From contig SGYO01000006.1 of assembly GCA_004321745.1 (NCBI GenBank), positions 37,468 to 101,467 on the forward strand: a DNA stretch of 64,000 nt. Direction: 5' to 3'. The notes below the pieces were generated by a model. It worked only from the letters and a program-made list of their open reading frames with translations, did no database searches and was not told the origin of the DNA. Position 1 is the stretch's first letter. Every line of letters starts with the position of its first letter. Shown here one piece after another: positions 46,160 through 56,351 of this stretch. The DNA comes from a bacterium. Lineage in GTDB: Bacteria; Fidelibacterota; Marinisomatia; Marinisomatales; UBA1611. Made by a program: the position numbers and the translations under genes.

Positions 46160-49100
46160 GGAATTCCCCCATAATTGTAAACAAATTGTTATATCTCAAA
46201 TTATCCAGATAATTAACTGACATTGAAAATGAAATATCTTTTTTTATGAAATAATTTAAAGATGTGTTAACTGCGAAATTTTTTCCAAGAGTTTGCCCAT
46301 TCAATGCTTCAGGAGGAACATATTGAAGGTTTGAAAGTTCTTTGTTTTCACTCAAGTCAAAATTCAACATTACACTACCCAATTCACCAAAAAACAAACG
46401 CCCACTGTAATTAATTCCAATGCCCTGCGCAATAAAACTATTTGACACTACTCTACCATGATCAACTCCATATTTAATTGAAAACTCAGATTCAGATCTT
46501 TTTTCATTTAATGTGAAAGAAATCTCATTCCATGAACCCCTTACTTTTCTTGATCGTTCAATTATAAAATTTGACTCAATATCTTTTATGTTATGATACC
46601 ATTCAAACTTTAAGTTTGAATTTTCTTTTATTTTAACATATCCATTAATACCATTTTTTGAAAAACTTAAGATCTCATTCCCTCTTGGATCATATCCCTG
46701 AAAGTCTTTTGAGTTTGTACTGTAAAATTTTATTCGCTTACTGAAATTTTTTGATCCTAAATCAATTTCAAAAAAATTATTTAAATATGACCTGTATATA
46801 TTTTTTTCTTGTAATTTTGGATCATAGATTTCACTAATACCAATTTTTGAGCCACTGTAATTAAAATTTGTATTAAAATTGATTTTTATTTGCGCGCCTT
46901 TTTTTAATTTGCGCACATCAAAACTAAATCTTTGATGCCCTCTCATATTGCTTAGTAAGGACCTACTACCAGTTGGCACAGAATATGATACATATGAGCC
47001 ATTCTGATCCTTTATATATGTTTTAAGAGATTCATCAAACCTATATTCCCCTAAACCTATTCCAACAGAATCATATACAATTGAAAATGTCTCACTCTGA
47101 GTTTGTTCTGTAGTTGCATTAAAATCAAACTCAAATGGACTACCCCGATCTCTAAAGTTTAGTTTAAGAGACCCTAATAAATAATCTAATTGCTCACTAT
47201 TTGTTTTATTTTTTAATCGTTTAGTTAGAGTAATATTTTTTCTCCACCCATTTAAATTCTTATCTATATACTGAACTGATGAAAGAAAATCCTTACTTTT
47301 CTCGATTTTATCAATTATTGGTTCATTTTTGTATTCATCGTCTCGATTAGTAATACTAAGTGAAATAGTTCTTCTGTTTTTTGTATAATCCAAACCCGTT
47401 TGAACCAATTTATAATTGCTAAACCTTGATCTTTCTTCTCTATTATATTTTAAAAATGGATTGAGGTATTTCAATTGAGCTCTAATTAAAAAACTTGTAA
47501 AAATAGAGTTTTCTTTTTCTGTAAATATCTCACTATATTGAAAATTAGAACCATTAAATAAACCCCTTAAAATTTGATAAGAAGCATCTAGCCTACTTTT
47601 ATTCCAGTCGTATAATTTGAGGTTCGATAGTGTTAGATTTGTAGAACTTAAATTATTCTGATTAATATAGAAATCCATTGAGTTTCTCCGCTCTCCAGAA
47701 TTATTGGCACTATCAATATCCCATATTCTATTAAATTGAACATCCCTATCTAAATTTAGTGAATTATATTTTTTGTCTCTTAAATGCCCCTTATATGAAA
47801 AACCATACTTTGTATCTCTAAACTCTAAAGAATCTACTTTGAGATTAATTTCATATATGCCTCCTGTGCTGGAAATACCATCAGTTGCGATTGTATTCTC
47901 TAATTTTGAAGATCTAGATATTAATGAGTTAGCTGAAATGTTTTTTCCAAGGTTGTATTCTATTTTTGTGAAATATAAATCCTTGACACTAGGAGCAGAG
48001 ATATTCTGGAAAGGACTATAATAATCTTTTAGATTATTTTTCTCTTCACTTTGAACATAACTATAATATATTTCTCCAATGTCTGAGATCAGCTTTTCAT
48101 AATTCCCATTTGAATTATAGGTAAATACAACATTAAACCTAGCAGAATCAGCCTGAATTAATAGGGGGTCAAAAATATAAATGCCATTATCAATAAAATA
48201 TTTTCCTATCGAGTCCTCAATCGCGCCCTCTAATTTGACAGAACTTGAACCTGTTCCTTTCATTTGTTGATAGATTTTACTATCATTAAATAGCCTACTT
48301 TCATTGTCAATTTCTCTATGAATTCCTGCAACGACATTTAATTTATCAGAAATTTTTGTTTCGTATGTATTGCCTAAAATTGATTTTGGATAATTATCAT
48401 CAACATATTCATAGTCCACAGATACATCTGAGTCAAAATGAATTAAATTTTTTGCTGTAAATGTAATTTCCGCTAAAGAATAATCTATTACATAATCAAA
48501 ATTTGCCCCTCTAATTAATTTCCTACCATCCAACCATACATTCTCCGAGCCAGCAATTAGTTGTATGTCTTTACTTTTTGAATTTGAAATCAATCCATAT
48601 GGGCCTTGAACTCCATCAATAACTTCAATATTACTGTTCGCATATTGTCCGCTGGTTGAGGCTAGTAATGCACTCATTTTAGATTTATTAAAATTTAATT
48701 TCCCATTAATTCCAATTACATTACGCTCAATATTTACCAGTTTATCAATATTATTCTTATACTGAATATCACCAGCATTTAAACTAAAATTTGAGCTATT
48801 TAATGAAATATACATTTGATCAAAATCCTCAAGATTACGTGTATTACCCTCAGGTTGTATGACTATGTCTTCATCGCTTAATACTGCACTCAGCATGATA
48901 TCATTTTCAAGTTTTCCACTTAAACTTAAATTTAATCCTCCAGAAAATTCTGATAAGCCGTTTGATGATATGTTTAATTGCCTGTTTATTGAGCCAGAGC
49001 TAAATAGATTATTTTGATTGGATACCTTTTTATAGTCTATTTTTATTTTTTTTTTATTTCTAATAAAGTAATGTTTATCTAAATCATTAAAATTATATCC

Positions 49101-49379
49101 AACAATGAATGGAAGATCTTTAACTAAATATTTATATTTTAAAACGATTGTTACAGTATCTTGAAAAGTATTTTTATAATGTAATAGGCCTTTCATGTAA
49201 TTAATACTATCAGGACTAATTTTGGTACTATACGGCTCAATTTTCAATGATTTGGGGTAAATGAAATTTTCTTTTAAAGAATAAATTTCTTTATTTGAAT
49301 GAATTAAAAGAGTATCAGATGTGAAACCTTTATTCCCAAATAAAAAACTAATCGTAAAAATAAAAAAAATTAAGTGCAA
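46146..49379 (-). CDS. 1077-aa uncharacterised exported/outer-membrane protein, beta-rich
   Basis: N-terminal signal/anchor MHLIFFIFTISFLFG. The composition is N/S/Y/K-rich with alternating strands throughout. It overlaps the Omp85-like gene by 14 nt. No known catalytic motif. Confidence 0.5.
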   Translation of the reverse strand: MHLIFFIFTISFLFGNKGFTSDTLLIHSNKEIYSLKENFIYPKSLKIEPYSTKISPDSINYMKGLLHYKNTFQDTVTIVLKYKYLVKDLPFIVGYNFNDLDKHYFIRNKKKIKIDYKKVSNQNNLFSSGSINRQLNISSNGLSEFSGGLNLSLSGKLENDIMLSAVLSDEDIVIQPEGNTRNLEDFDQMYISLNSSNFSLNAGDIQYKNNIDKLVNIERNVIGINGKLNFNKSKMSALLASTSGQYANSNIEVIDGVQGPYGLISNSKSKDIQLIAGSENVWLDGRKLIRGANFDYVIDYSLAEITFTAKNLIHFDSDVSVDYEYVDDNYPKSILGNTYETKISDKLNVVAGIHREIDNESRLFNDSKIYQQMKGTGSSSVKLEGAIEDSIGKYFIDNGIYIFDPLLIQADSARFNVVFTYNSNGNYEKLISDIGEIYYSYVQSEEKNNLKDYYSPFQNISAPSVKDLYFTKIEYNLGKNISANSLISRSSKLENTIATDGISSTGGIYEINLKVDSLEFRDTKYGFSYKGHLRDKKYNSLNLDRDVQFNRIWDIDSANNSGERRNSMDFYINQNNLSSTNLTLSNLKLYDWNKSRLDASYQILRGLFNGSNFQYSEIFTEKENSIFTSFLIRAQLKYLNPFLKYNREERSRFSNYKLVQTGLDYTKNRRTISLSITNRDDEYKNEPIIDKIEKSKDFLSSVQYIDKNLNGWRKNITLTKRLKNKTNSEQLDYLLGSLKLNFRDRGSPFEFDFNATTEQTQSETFSIVYDSVGIGLGEYRFDESLKTYIKDQNGSYVSYSVPTGSRSLLSNMRGHQRFSFDVRKLKKGAQIKINFNTNFNYSGSKIGISEIYDPKLQEKNIYRSYLNNFFEIDLGSKNFSKRIKFYSTNSKDFQGYDPRGNEILSFSKNGINGYVKIKENSNLKFEWYHNIKDIESNFIIERSRKVRGSWNEISFTLNEKRSESEFSIKYGVDHGRVVSNSFIAQGIGINYSGRLFFGELGSVMLNFDLSENKELSNLQYVPPEALNGQTLGKNFAVNTSLNYFIKKDISFSMSVNYLDNLRYNNLFTIMGEFRAYL

Positions 49380-49380
49380 A

Positions 49381-50226
49381 TTATTTTAATTTTACATTTA
49401 GGATTGATATATGATCTTTTGATAAAATAGCCAAAGATCGATTCATATTTTTTATATCTACTATAGGAGTACTTATAGCAGGTATTTGAAGTATTATAGA
49501 TTTATCAGAGACGGATTCTCCATCACCTTTGTCATTGAAAACAAACCAATGCTCCCTAATCGGTACTAAAAAAATAGGCTTGTTTATTTCAGAGATAAAT
49601 GAGCCTTTATAGGCACCATTTTTTGAAAATAGATACACAATATTATCACAATCTAACAAGCCAAAATCTCCATCTTGATTTATGGCAAGCTTATTAATAC
49701 AATAATCAATATCTGAAAATCTGTTTAAGTCTATATGTGGGACCTTTCTTAAGCGTTTACTTTCAAATTTAAATATACTGTGATATTGTGATGAATATAT
49801 ATAAATCAAACCATATTTATCTATAACAGCTAGTTCAGGAAAAATTCTAGGTTCAAGACTAATTGCAGTCATATAATTCAAACTGTAATCTAGGAGTATA
49901 ATTTTATTTTCTAATCTATCTAATACTGAGATTCCATTTGGCTCTACTCCTACCCATACAGGTTCAGTAAAAGAATATGAATTAAGTCCAAACCCCCCAA
50001 CAGTTTGAAAACCATTCAGACTGCCAATACTAACCAATTGATTTTCTTTTTGATCCAATAATAAAAAGCTACCAGCAACACCCCACTCCAGAAGATCTGG
50101 ATTGACATTTAAATCGCTTAGTTCAGATGGAAAAGGATAATAATCAGAAATAGATAAAGTTACCTGCGAAAATACAATGCAACTATATGCTAAAATTGAT
50201 ATTATATAATTATGAAGTCTTATCAA
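49381..50226 (-). CDS. hypothetical exported protein (possible beta-propeller)
   Basis: Signal peptide. It lies 1 nt upstream of the 1077-aa gene and overlaps lgt by 17 nt. Confidence 0.4.
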   Translation of the reverse strand: MIRLHNYIISILAYSCIVFSQVTLSISDYYPFPSELSDLNVNPDLLEWGVAGSFLLLDQKENQLVSIGSLNGFQTVGGFGLNSYSFTEPVWVGVEPNGISVLDRLENKIILLDYSLNYMTAISLEPRIFPELAVIDKYGLIYIYSSQYHSIFKFESKRLRKVPHIDLNRFSDIDYCINKLAINQDGDFGLLDCDNIVYLFSKNGAYKGSFISEINKPIFLVPIREHWFVFNDKGDGESVSDKSIILQIPAISTPIVDIKNMNRSLAILSKDHISILNVKLK

Positions 50227-51031
50227 TTATGGGTTTTGTTAATGGATACAAAAGAAAATAGCTGCCAATAAATACCATTATTAAACTAATTACCTGTGCA
50301 CCGCTAAAAATATCAAATAAATACTTTTCATTTGTCCTGATAAATTCTACAAAAAACCTTTCAACACCAGCTAAAATCAGATAAACAAAAAATTGACTAC
50401 CGGGTGCTGAATTCTTTGTTCTTCTTTGCCATAAATAGAAAAAACATAGAATCCCTACTATAGATTCATAAAGCTGAGTAGGGTGAACCTTTATGATCTC
50501 AGTATCAATGTTTGATGTGTCTATCCAAGGATAGTACAAAGAAAAGCTAGATATAGTTGTAGGAGGTATGCCGTTTGGGAAAGAGATGGCCCAAGGTAAT
50601 GAACTTGGCAATCCATAATCATCGCCTACAAGAAAACAACCAATCCTGCCAATTGCATATCCGATCATGATCAATGGCGCAATTGTATCTGCAAATAAAT
50701 ACCAAGACAATTTTCTTTTTTTCAAAACTATAGAGACGCATGTTGTACTACCAATCAAACCACCTAAAAAAACTAAGCCTGAACCGCTAAAAATCATGCC
50801 ATAAGGGTCTTGTATCGTCCGATCTAAATTCTCAATTAAATAATATGCTTTAGCTCCTAAGACCCCACCGACAGCTGACCAAAAAATAATATCAGAGGCA
50901 ATCTCAGTATCATACTTAAGCCTTTTCATTTCTAGGTACAATAATCCATAGCATGTATAAAAGGCAGTTACTAACATTAAGCCAAAAGAATATATTTTAA
51001 CTGGTCCAATTTCAAACACAACAGGCAACAT
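50210..51031 (-). CDS. lgt: prolipoprotein diacylglyceryl transferase
   Basis: Polytopic membrane protein with the Lgt signatures GRIGCFL.GDDYG and HPTQLYES. Confidence 0.9.
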   Translation of the reverse strand: MLPVVFEIGPVKIYSFGLMLVTAFYTCYGLLYLEMKRLKYDTEIASDIIFWSAVGGVLGAKAYYLIENLDRTIQDPYGMIFSGSGLVFLGGLIGSTTCVSIVLKKRKLSWYLFADTIAPLIMIGYAIGRIGCFLVGDDYGLPSSLPWAISFPNGIPPTTISSFSLYYPWIDTSNIDTEIIKVHPTQLYESIVGILCFFYLWQRRTKNSAPGSQFFVYLILAGVERFFVEFIRTNEKYLFDIFSGAQVISLIMVFIGSYFLLYPLTKPIIDKTS

Positions 51032-51181
51032 AATTACTTTATCCTAAATATTTTTTTAACAAAAATTTTTTTAATAGCCATCAGCAAAATTGGGTTTTAG
51101 TATTCATACAAATAAATTATAAAATGGTTCCAACTAATGAATTCGAATTAGTTGTGCATAATAGTTTTAAACTACCAAAAA

Positions 51182-51889
51182 CTAAATTAAAGTCATACGG
51201 ATTAGTACAATCAGATCATAAATACTGTGAGTATATGCGGTTATTCCAAATCCTCGATACATATACAACACACCTAAAATTAAACCAGCAAAAAATCGTA
51301 TCAAGAATAATTCCATTGAAAAGAAATCTCCATATTCGCCCATAAAATGAAAAGCGGAGAAAATCCCCCCTGATAATACAACCGCAATAATGTTTTTAAA
51401 TGTTTTATCCCACATAAAAACAAAACCAAGAATACCACTTAAGCCAGCGATTAATAAAACTCGGAATAAAAATTCCTCATATATACCTGCCCCTATTGCT
51501 AGTGTCACTTGTTGCAATATGGTCTTTCCAACTGGATTCATAAGCAAAACCATAGACTTAAACAATAAAAAATATAAAACTAAGGACCATAACATACTTT
51601 CAGCGAGCATAATGAATAAAAAATTAACATTTACTTCCTGTTGTTGATCTTCTTTGATAAAAAATATGTAGGTAACTAATAACCCGAGAAAAAAAACTAA
51701 GCCAAGCCCGTATAGTCCATAAATGTCGAAAGACTCTAATATATTCCGCATCAAAAAGTCAGCCCCATTTCGAACAACAAGGATATCATCCCACGATAAA
51801 AAAAGGATATTGATCTCATAAAGGAAAAACAAAGGCAATGTAAATAGAAAGGAATAAAATGATGTTTTAGATTTTAAAAGGTAAGACAT
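51182..51889 (-). CDS. CPBP-family intramembrane glutamic endopeptidase (CAAX protease-like)
   Basis: Motif 1 is EEFLFRV. A motif-2 FxxxH-like element is FSAFHF. About six transmembrane helices. Confidence 0.75.
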   Translation of the reverse strand: MSYLLKSKTSFYSFLFTLPLFFLYEINILFLSWDDILVVRNGADFLMRNILESFDIYGLYGLGLVFFLGLLVTYIFFIKEDQQQEVNVNFLFIMLAESMLWSLVLYFLLFKSMVLLMNPVGKTILQQVTLAIGAGIYEEFLFRVLLIAGLSGILGFVFMWDKTFKNIIAVVLSGGIFSAFHFMGEYGDFFSMELFLIRFFAGLILGVLYMYRGFGITAYTHSIYDLIVLIRMTLI

Positions 51890-51910
51890 CTAAAGATTTA
51901 TTGTTTAGAA

Positions 51911-53713
51911 CTAATCCTCTCCTATTTGTAATGCAGCTAGCAACGCCTCTTGAGGTATTTCAACTTTACCTATCATTTTCATTCTTTTTTTACCCTTTTT
52001 CTGCTTTTCCCAGAGCTTTCTTTTCCTCGTAATATCACCTCCATAACACTTTGCTGTAACATTTTTTTTAAGAGCTTTTACAGTTGTCCTAGCAATAATC
52101 CTTCCATTTAGAGAAGCTTGAATAGCTACTTCAAACATTTGTCTTGGAATTAATTCTTTAAGTTTGGTACACATTGCTACCCCTCTATGGTAAGCATCAT
52201 CAGAATGACAAATTGATGACAATGCATCAACTGCATCTCCATGCATCAATATTTCTAACCTTTTGAGATCGGCAGGTATAAACTCCTTAAATTCATAATC
52301 AAGAGAGGCGTAACCTTTTGAAAGAGATTTAAGCTTATCATAAAAATCAAAAATAATTTCCCCAAGAGGCAAATCATAATAAATCTGAGCCTTTTCAGGC
52401 GATAGATAATTTGTATTTTTATATACTCCTCTTTTCTTTTGGCATAGAGTCATTATAGATCCAATGAATTCTTTTGGTGCTAACATTTCAGCGGAGACCA
52501 TGGGTTCTAAAATTTTATCAATATCTCCTGAGCTTGGCATCTGTGATGGGGTATTTATTTTTACTTTACTACCATCCCTTAAAAGTACTTCATAAATAAC
52601 ATTAGGTGTCGTTGTAATTAAATTTAAATTAAACTCTCTTTCGAGCCTTTCTTGAATGATTTCCATATGAAGCAAGCCTAAAAACCCACATCTAAATCCA
52701 AAACCTAGAGCTTCGCTGGTTTCAGGCGTAAATTCCAATGAAGCATCATTTAACTTTAATTTTTCTAAAGCCACTCTAAGCTGATCATATTCATCACCAT
52801 CAATAGGGTATAACCCAGAAAACACCATTGGTTTTATTTTTTTATAACCAGATAATGGCTCAATACAGGGTTCTTGTTTTGATGTAATTGTATCTCCTGG
52901 TTGAATATGCGCCATATCCCTAATACTTGCCACAACGTATCCAACATCGCCAGATTTCAATTTATCTGACTCAACCATTTTTAATACAAAATGTCCTACT
53001 TCAGTAATTTCATATATCTCACTATGAGCATGAAACTTGATTGACATACCTTTTTTTATAACTCCATCAAAAACTCTAACATATGGAATTGCACCTCTGT
53101 AATTATCATAGGTAGAGTCAAAAATCAATGCCCGAGTTTTATCCTCATCTTTATCCATAGGGGCAGGAATTCTATCAATGATAGCATCAAAAATTTTATC
53201 GATACCAAACCCACTTTTTGCACTTGCCTCAATAATCTCGCTCTTTTCACATCCCACGAGTTCAATTATTTGCTGTTTAACATCTTCAGTTTGCGCAGAA
53301 GGTAAATCAACTTTATTAATCACGGGAATTATAGTTAAATCGTTTTCTATAGCTAAGTAAGCATTAGATACTGTTTGAGCTTCAACCCCTTGAGCTGCAT
53401 CAACCAATAATAAGGCACCTTCACAAGCAGCTAAAGATCGACTAACCTCATAAGTGAAATCAACATGCCCAGGTGTATCAATTAGATTAAATGTATAGAT
53501 TAATCCATCCTTATTCTTGTAATGCATCTGAATAGGATGACTTTTGATCGTAATTCCTCTTTCACGCTCCAAATCCATGCTATCAAGAACCTGATTTTGC
53601 ATTTGTTTAGAAGAAAGTGTTTTTGTTTCCTCTAAAAGACGATCTGCAAGCGTGGATTTTCCATGATCAATATGAGCGATTATAGAAAAGTTTCTTAATA
53701 AATCTTTATTCAT
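51911..53713 (-). CDS. lepA: translation elongation factor 4
   Basis: GTPase motifs AHIDHGKST, DTPGH and NKVD. The LepA C-terminal domain is present; 600 aa. Confidence 0.97.
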   Translation of the reverse strand: MNKDLLRNFSIIAHIDHGKSTLADRLLEETKTLSSKQMQNQVLDSMDLERERGITIKSHPIQMHYKNKDGLIYTFNLIDTPGHVDFTYEVSRSLAACEGALLLVDAAQGVEAQTVSNAYLAIENDLTIIPVINKVDLPSAQTEDVKQQIIELVGCEKSEIIEASAKSGFGIDKIFDAIIDRIPAPMDKDEDKTRALIFDSTYDNYRGAIPYVRVFDGVIKKGMSIKFHAHSEIYEITEVGHFVLKMVESDKLKSGDVGYVVASIRDMAHIQPGDTITSKQEPCIEPLSGYKKIKPMVFSGLYPIDGDEYDQLRVALEKLKLNDASLEFTPETSEALGFGFRCGFLGLLHMEIIQERLEREFNLNLITTTPNVIYEVLLRDGSKVKINTPSQMPSSGDIDKILEPMVSAEMLAPKEFIGSIMTLCQKKRGVYKNTNYLSPEKAQIYYDLPLGEIIFDFYDKLKSLSKGYASLDYEFKEFIPADLKRLEILMHGDAVDALSSICHSDDAYHRGVAMCTKLKELIPRQMFEVAIQASLNGRIIARTTVKALKKNVTAKCYGGDITRKRKLWEKQKKGKKRMKMIGKVEIPQEALLAALQIGED

Positions 53714-53805
53714 TAAGAGAAATTAACTAGTCAATAGGGTAAATTAGGACAATTTAATCAATAAAATATTTTTTTACTTTACTTCAACGACGTTAAGGAG
53801 AGTTG

Positions 53806-54183
53806 TTATATTTTTTTTAAAAGATCCTTCTTCTTTTTTTTGTATTCGTATTCACTAATTATTCCTTTTTCTTTAAGATCAGCTAACTTTTCTATATTAG
53901 AAATAATTTCATCAAAATCTTCATTTTCAAAATTTTTAATCACCTCTTTGTTTATAACTACAATATCCTTGGATGGGTATTTATTCCAATGATGATAATC
54001 AAAGTTCCAATTTCTCCAAAAATAATTATAACCTAAACTTATTTTTAATCTTGGCTGTTTGTGTACAACCTTAACCTTATGCCTTTTTTTATGCTTCCAT
54101 CTCTTATGCTTTGCTCTTCCATGATCAGCAAACACGAACGAAACTAAAATTAAAAAAATAGTAACTAATCTAATCTGTTTCAT
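53806..54183 (-). CDS. small exported protein with C-terminal SHOCT-like motif
   Basis: Signal peptide, a basic H/K/R-rich stretch and the C-terminus KLADLKEKGIISEYEYKKKKKDLL. Confidence 0.5.
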   Translation of the reverse strand: MKQIRLVTIFLILVSFVFADHGRAKHKRWKHKKRHKVKVVHKQPRLKISLGYNYFWRNWNFDYHHWNKYPSKDIVVINKEVIKNFENEDFDEIISNIEKLADLKEKGIISEYEYKKKKKDLLKKI

Positions 54184-54239
54184 AATACACCTATATTTGG
54201 TTCATTATATTAGACTCAAAAAAGAAGTAAAAGTTAAAA

Positions 54240-54677
54240 TTAATATTTTCTTTGTAATTGCAATAGCCTGAGATTTGCTTTCTCTCTCATTCCATCTTGA
54301 ATAAGGGAGACAACTTTTAGGGCATCCAGGATTGGGATATTTAGGTTATCGGAATTGGCATAAAATGCATCCATGTGCACAGTAATAATCTGTATATCAT
54401 ATCCTACATTCTCAGAGTGATATTCCTCTATAACAGAATAATAACGCTCAATATAATATGGCTCTATCCAATTCTTATCATGTAAATATTGCTTAGCAAC
54501 CTCTTTTTTATGTTCATTTTTAAGAACGCTCATTGCGCTGTATGCGCCATTGACAAAAGATATCTTTTCTTTCGCAGATAATGACAACCAAAAACTGGAT
54601 GGATATTCATTTTTTACACTACTTTGCCCAAAAAATAAGTGTATGGACAATAAAAGCGTTATTATTATTATTTTCAA
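54240..54677 (-). CDS. hypothetical exported protein
   Basis: Signal peptide. 4-nt overlap with the nadE stop. Confidence 0.35.
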   Translation of the reverse strand: MKIIIITLLLSIHLFFGQSSVKNEYPSSFWLSLSAKEKISFVNGAYSAMSVLKNEHKKEVAKQYLHDKNWIEPYYIERYYSVIEEYHSENVGYDIQIITVHMDAFYANSDNLNIPILDALKVVSLIQDGMREKANLRLLQLQRKY

Positions 54678-56287
54678 CTTACCTCCTCCCTGAAATGATT
54701 AATTACAGGGTACCTTCTTCCAATGCCAAATGCTTTATTTGAAACCCGAATACCAATTGGTGCCTGCCTTCTTTTGTATTCATTTATTGTAATTTTATTT
54801 AATGTTTCTTTTACTAAATCTTTGTCAAAACCCTTATTTATTAATTCTTTAGCAGAAAACTGCTTTTCAACAATGAAATCAACTAATGGAGAAATAACTT
54901 CATAATCAAATGGGTCTATTTGATCAGGGGATAGTTCTGCTGAAGGAGGTTTTTTAATCGTATTAGAAGGAATAGGGTTGTTTTTATTATTATTTATCCA
55001 CTCAGCAAGTTCATATACATCGCATTTGTTTAAATCTGAGATTACTGATAGTCCACCACTCATATCCCCATAGAGGGTGCAATATCCCAAAGCCAGCTCA
55101 GTTTTATTCCCAGTGGAAAGGACCAATCTTCCAAATTTATTTGATAATGCCATTAAGAGATTTCCTCTAACTCTGGACTGTATATTTTCTTCAGATACAT
55201 CTCTGGAGGTACCAGAAAATGACTCACTCAGTTCCTCCTCTAATTTATCAACAATATTTTGAATAAAAATACTTTGGTAATTTATATTAAGATTTTTTGC
55301 TAATTCTTCTGCATCAAATTTGCTGTGATCGCTACTAAATTTTGAGGGCATTGATACGCCATAAACAGATTTATTTCCCAATGCATATGACGCTATACAT
55401 GCAACTACCGCACTATCAATACCACCAGACAAACCAATTACTGCCTCTTTATTTTTCGTTTTTTCAAAGTAATCTTTTATTCCTAAGCAAAGAGCATTGA
55501 ATAAATCTTCACATTTTGTAGCATATTTGATATGTTTTGTAGAATGTGATGCTAAATCAGTATACAGTATATCTTCCTCAAAAGATTTGCAGTGAGAAAT
55601 GCAGTTACCATTCTTATCTAGAGCAAATGAGGATCCATCAAAAACCAATTCGTCTTGAGCACCTACTAAGTTACAATATAAAAACGGTATTTTAATTTCG
55701 TTAACCTTTGAGCGTACAAGGTTTACTCTATCTTTAAATTTATTCTCACGAAACGGAGATGCAGAAATATTAATTATTAGATCTGCACCATTTTGCTTTT
55801 GAATATTAGACACCTTTAAATCATATTTATCATCCCAGAGATCTTCACAAACCTGAACTCCAATTTTAACTTTCTTACCTTTTATATTTAGAGGAAAAAC
55901 AGATGGAACTTTACCTGATTTGAAATATCTTTTTTCATCAAAAACATCATAGGTTGGTAATAATATTTTATCAAATTCATAAAGAATTTTTCCATTACAT
56001 GCTAAAGCTGCTGTATTATGTAAATTACCTTTCTGTTCCCTAACGTATCCGATGATTGCAGGTGCAGTAACATGTTTAACTATTTTATTCAATGCCAATG
56101 AATTAGCCTCAATAAATTTATCATTTAATAGTAGGTCTTGTGGCGGATAACCCGTAATTGCAAGCTCTGGAAAAACAATAATATCACAATTACTGTTTAA
56201 CGCATCATTGTATACATCAATTATTTTTCTAACATTATCAGATAAAGCACCTACTGTGGGATTAATCTGACATAATGCAACTTTCAT
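54674..56287 (-). CDS. nadE: glutamine-dependent NAD+ synthetase
   Basis: N-terminal CN-hydrolase domain plus a C-terminal PP-loop GLSGGIDS; 537 aa. Confidence 0.9.
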   Translation of the reverse strand: MKVALCQINPTVGALSDNVRKIIDVYNDALNSNCDIIVFPELAITGYPPQDLLLNDKFIEANSLALNKIVKHVTAPAIIGYVREQKGNLHNTAALACNGKILYEFDKILLPTYDVFDEKRYFKSGKVPSVFPLNIKGKKVKIGVQVCEDLWDDKYDLKVSNIQKQNGADLIINISASPFRENKFKDRVNLVRSKVNEIKIPFLYCNLVGAQDELVFDGSSFALDKNGNCISHCKSFEEDILYTDLASHSTKHIKYATKCEDLFNALCLGIKDYFEKTKNKEAVIGLSGGIDSAVVACIASYALGNKSVYGVSMPSKFSSDHSKFDAEELAKNLNINYQSIFIQNIVDKLEEELSESFSGTSRDVSEENIQSRVRGNLLMALSNKFGRLVLSTGNKTELALGYCTLYGDMSGGLSVISDLNKCDVYELAEWINNNKNNPIPSNTIKKPPSAELSPDQIDPFDYEVISPLVDFIVEKQFSAKELINKGFDKDLVKETLNKITINEYKRRQAPIGIRVSNKAFGIGRRYPVINHFREEVS

Positions 56288-56351
56288 AATTTTTTTACCA
56301 ATAAGTTTAAATACATATAGTATTTGTTAAAGCATTTATATGAAAACTGTA

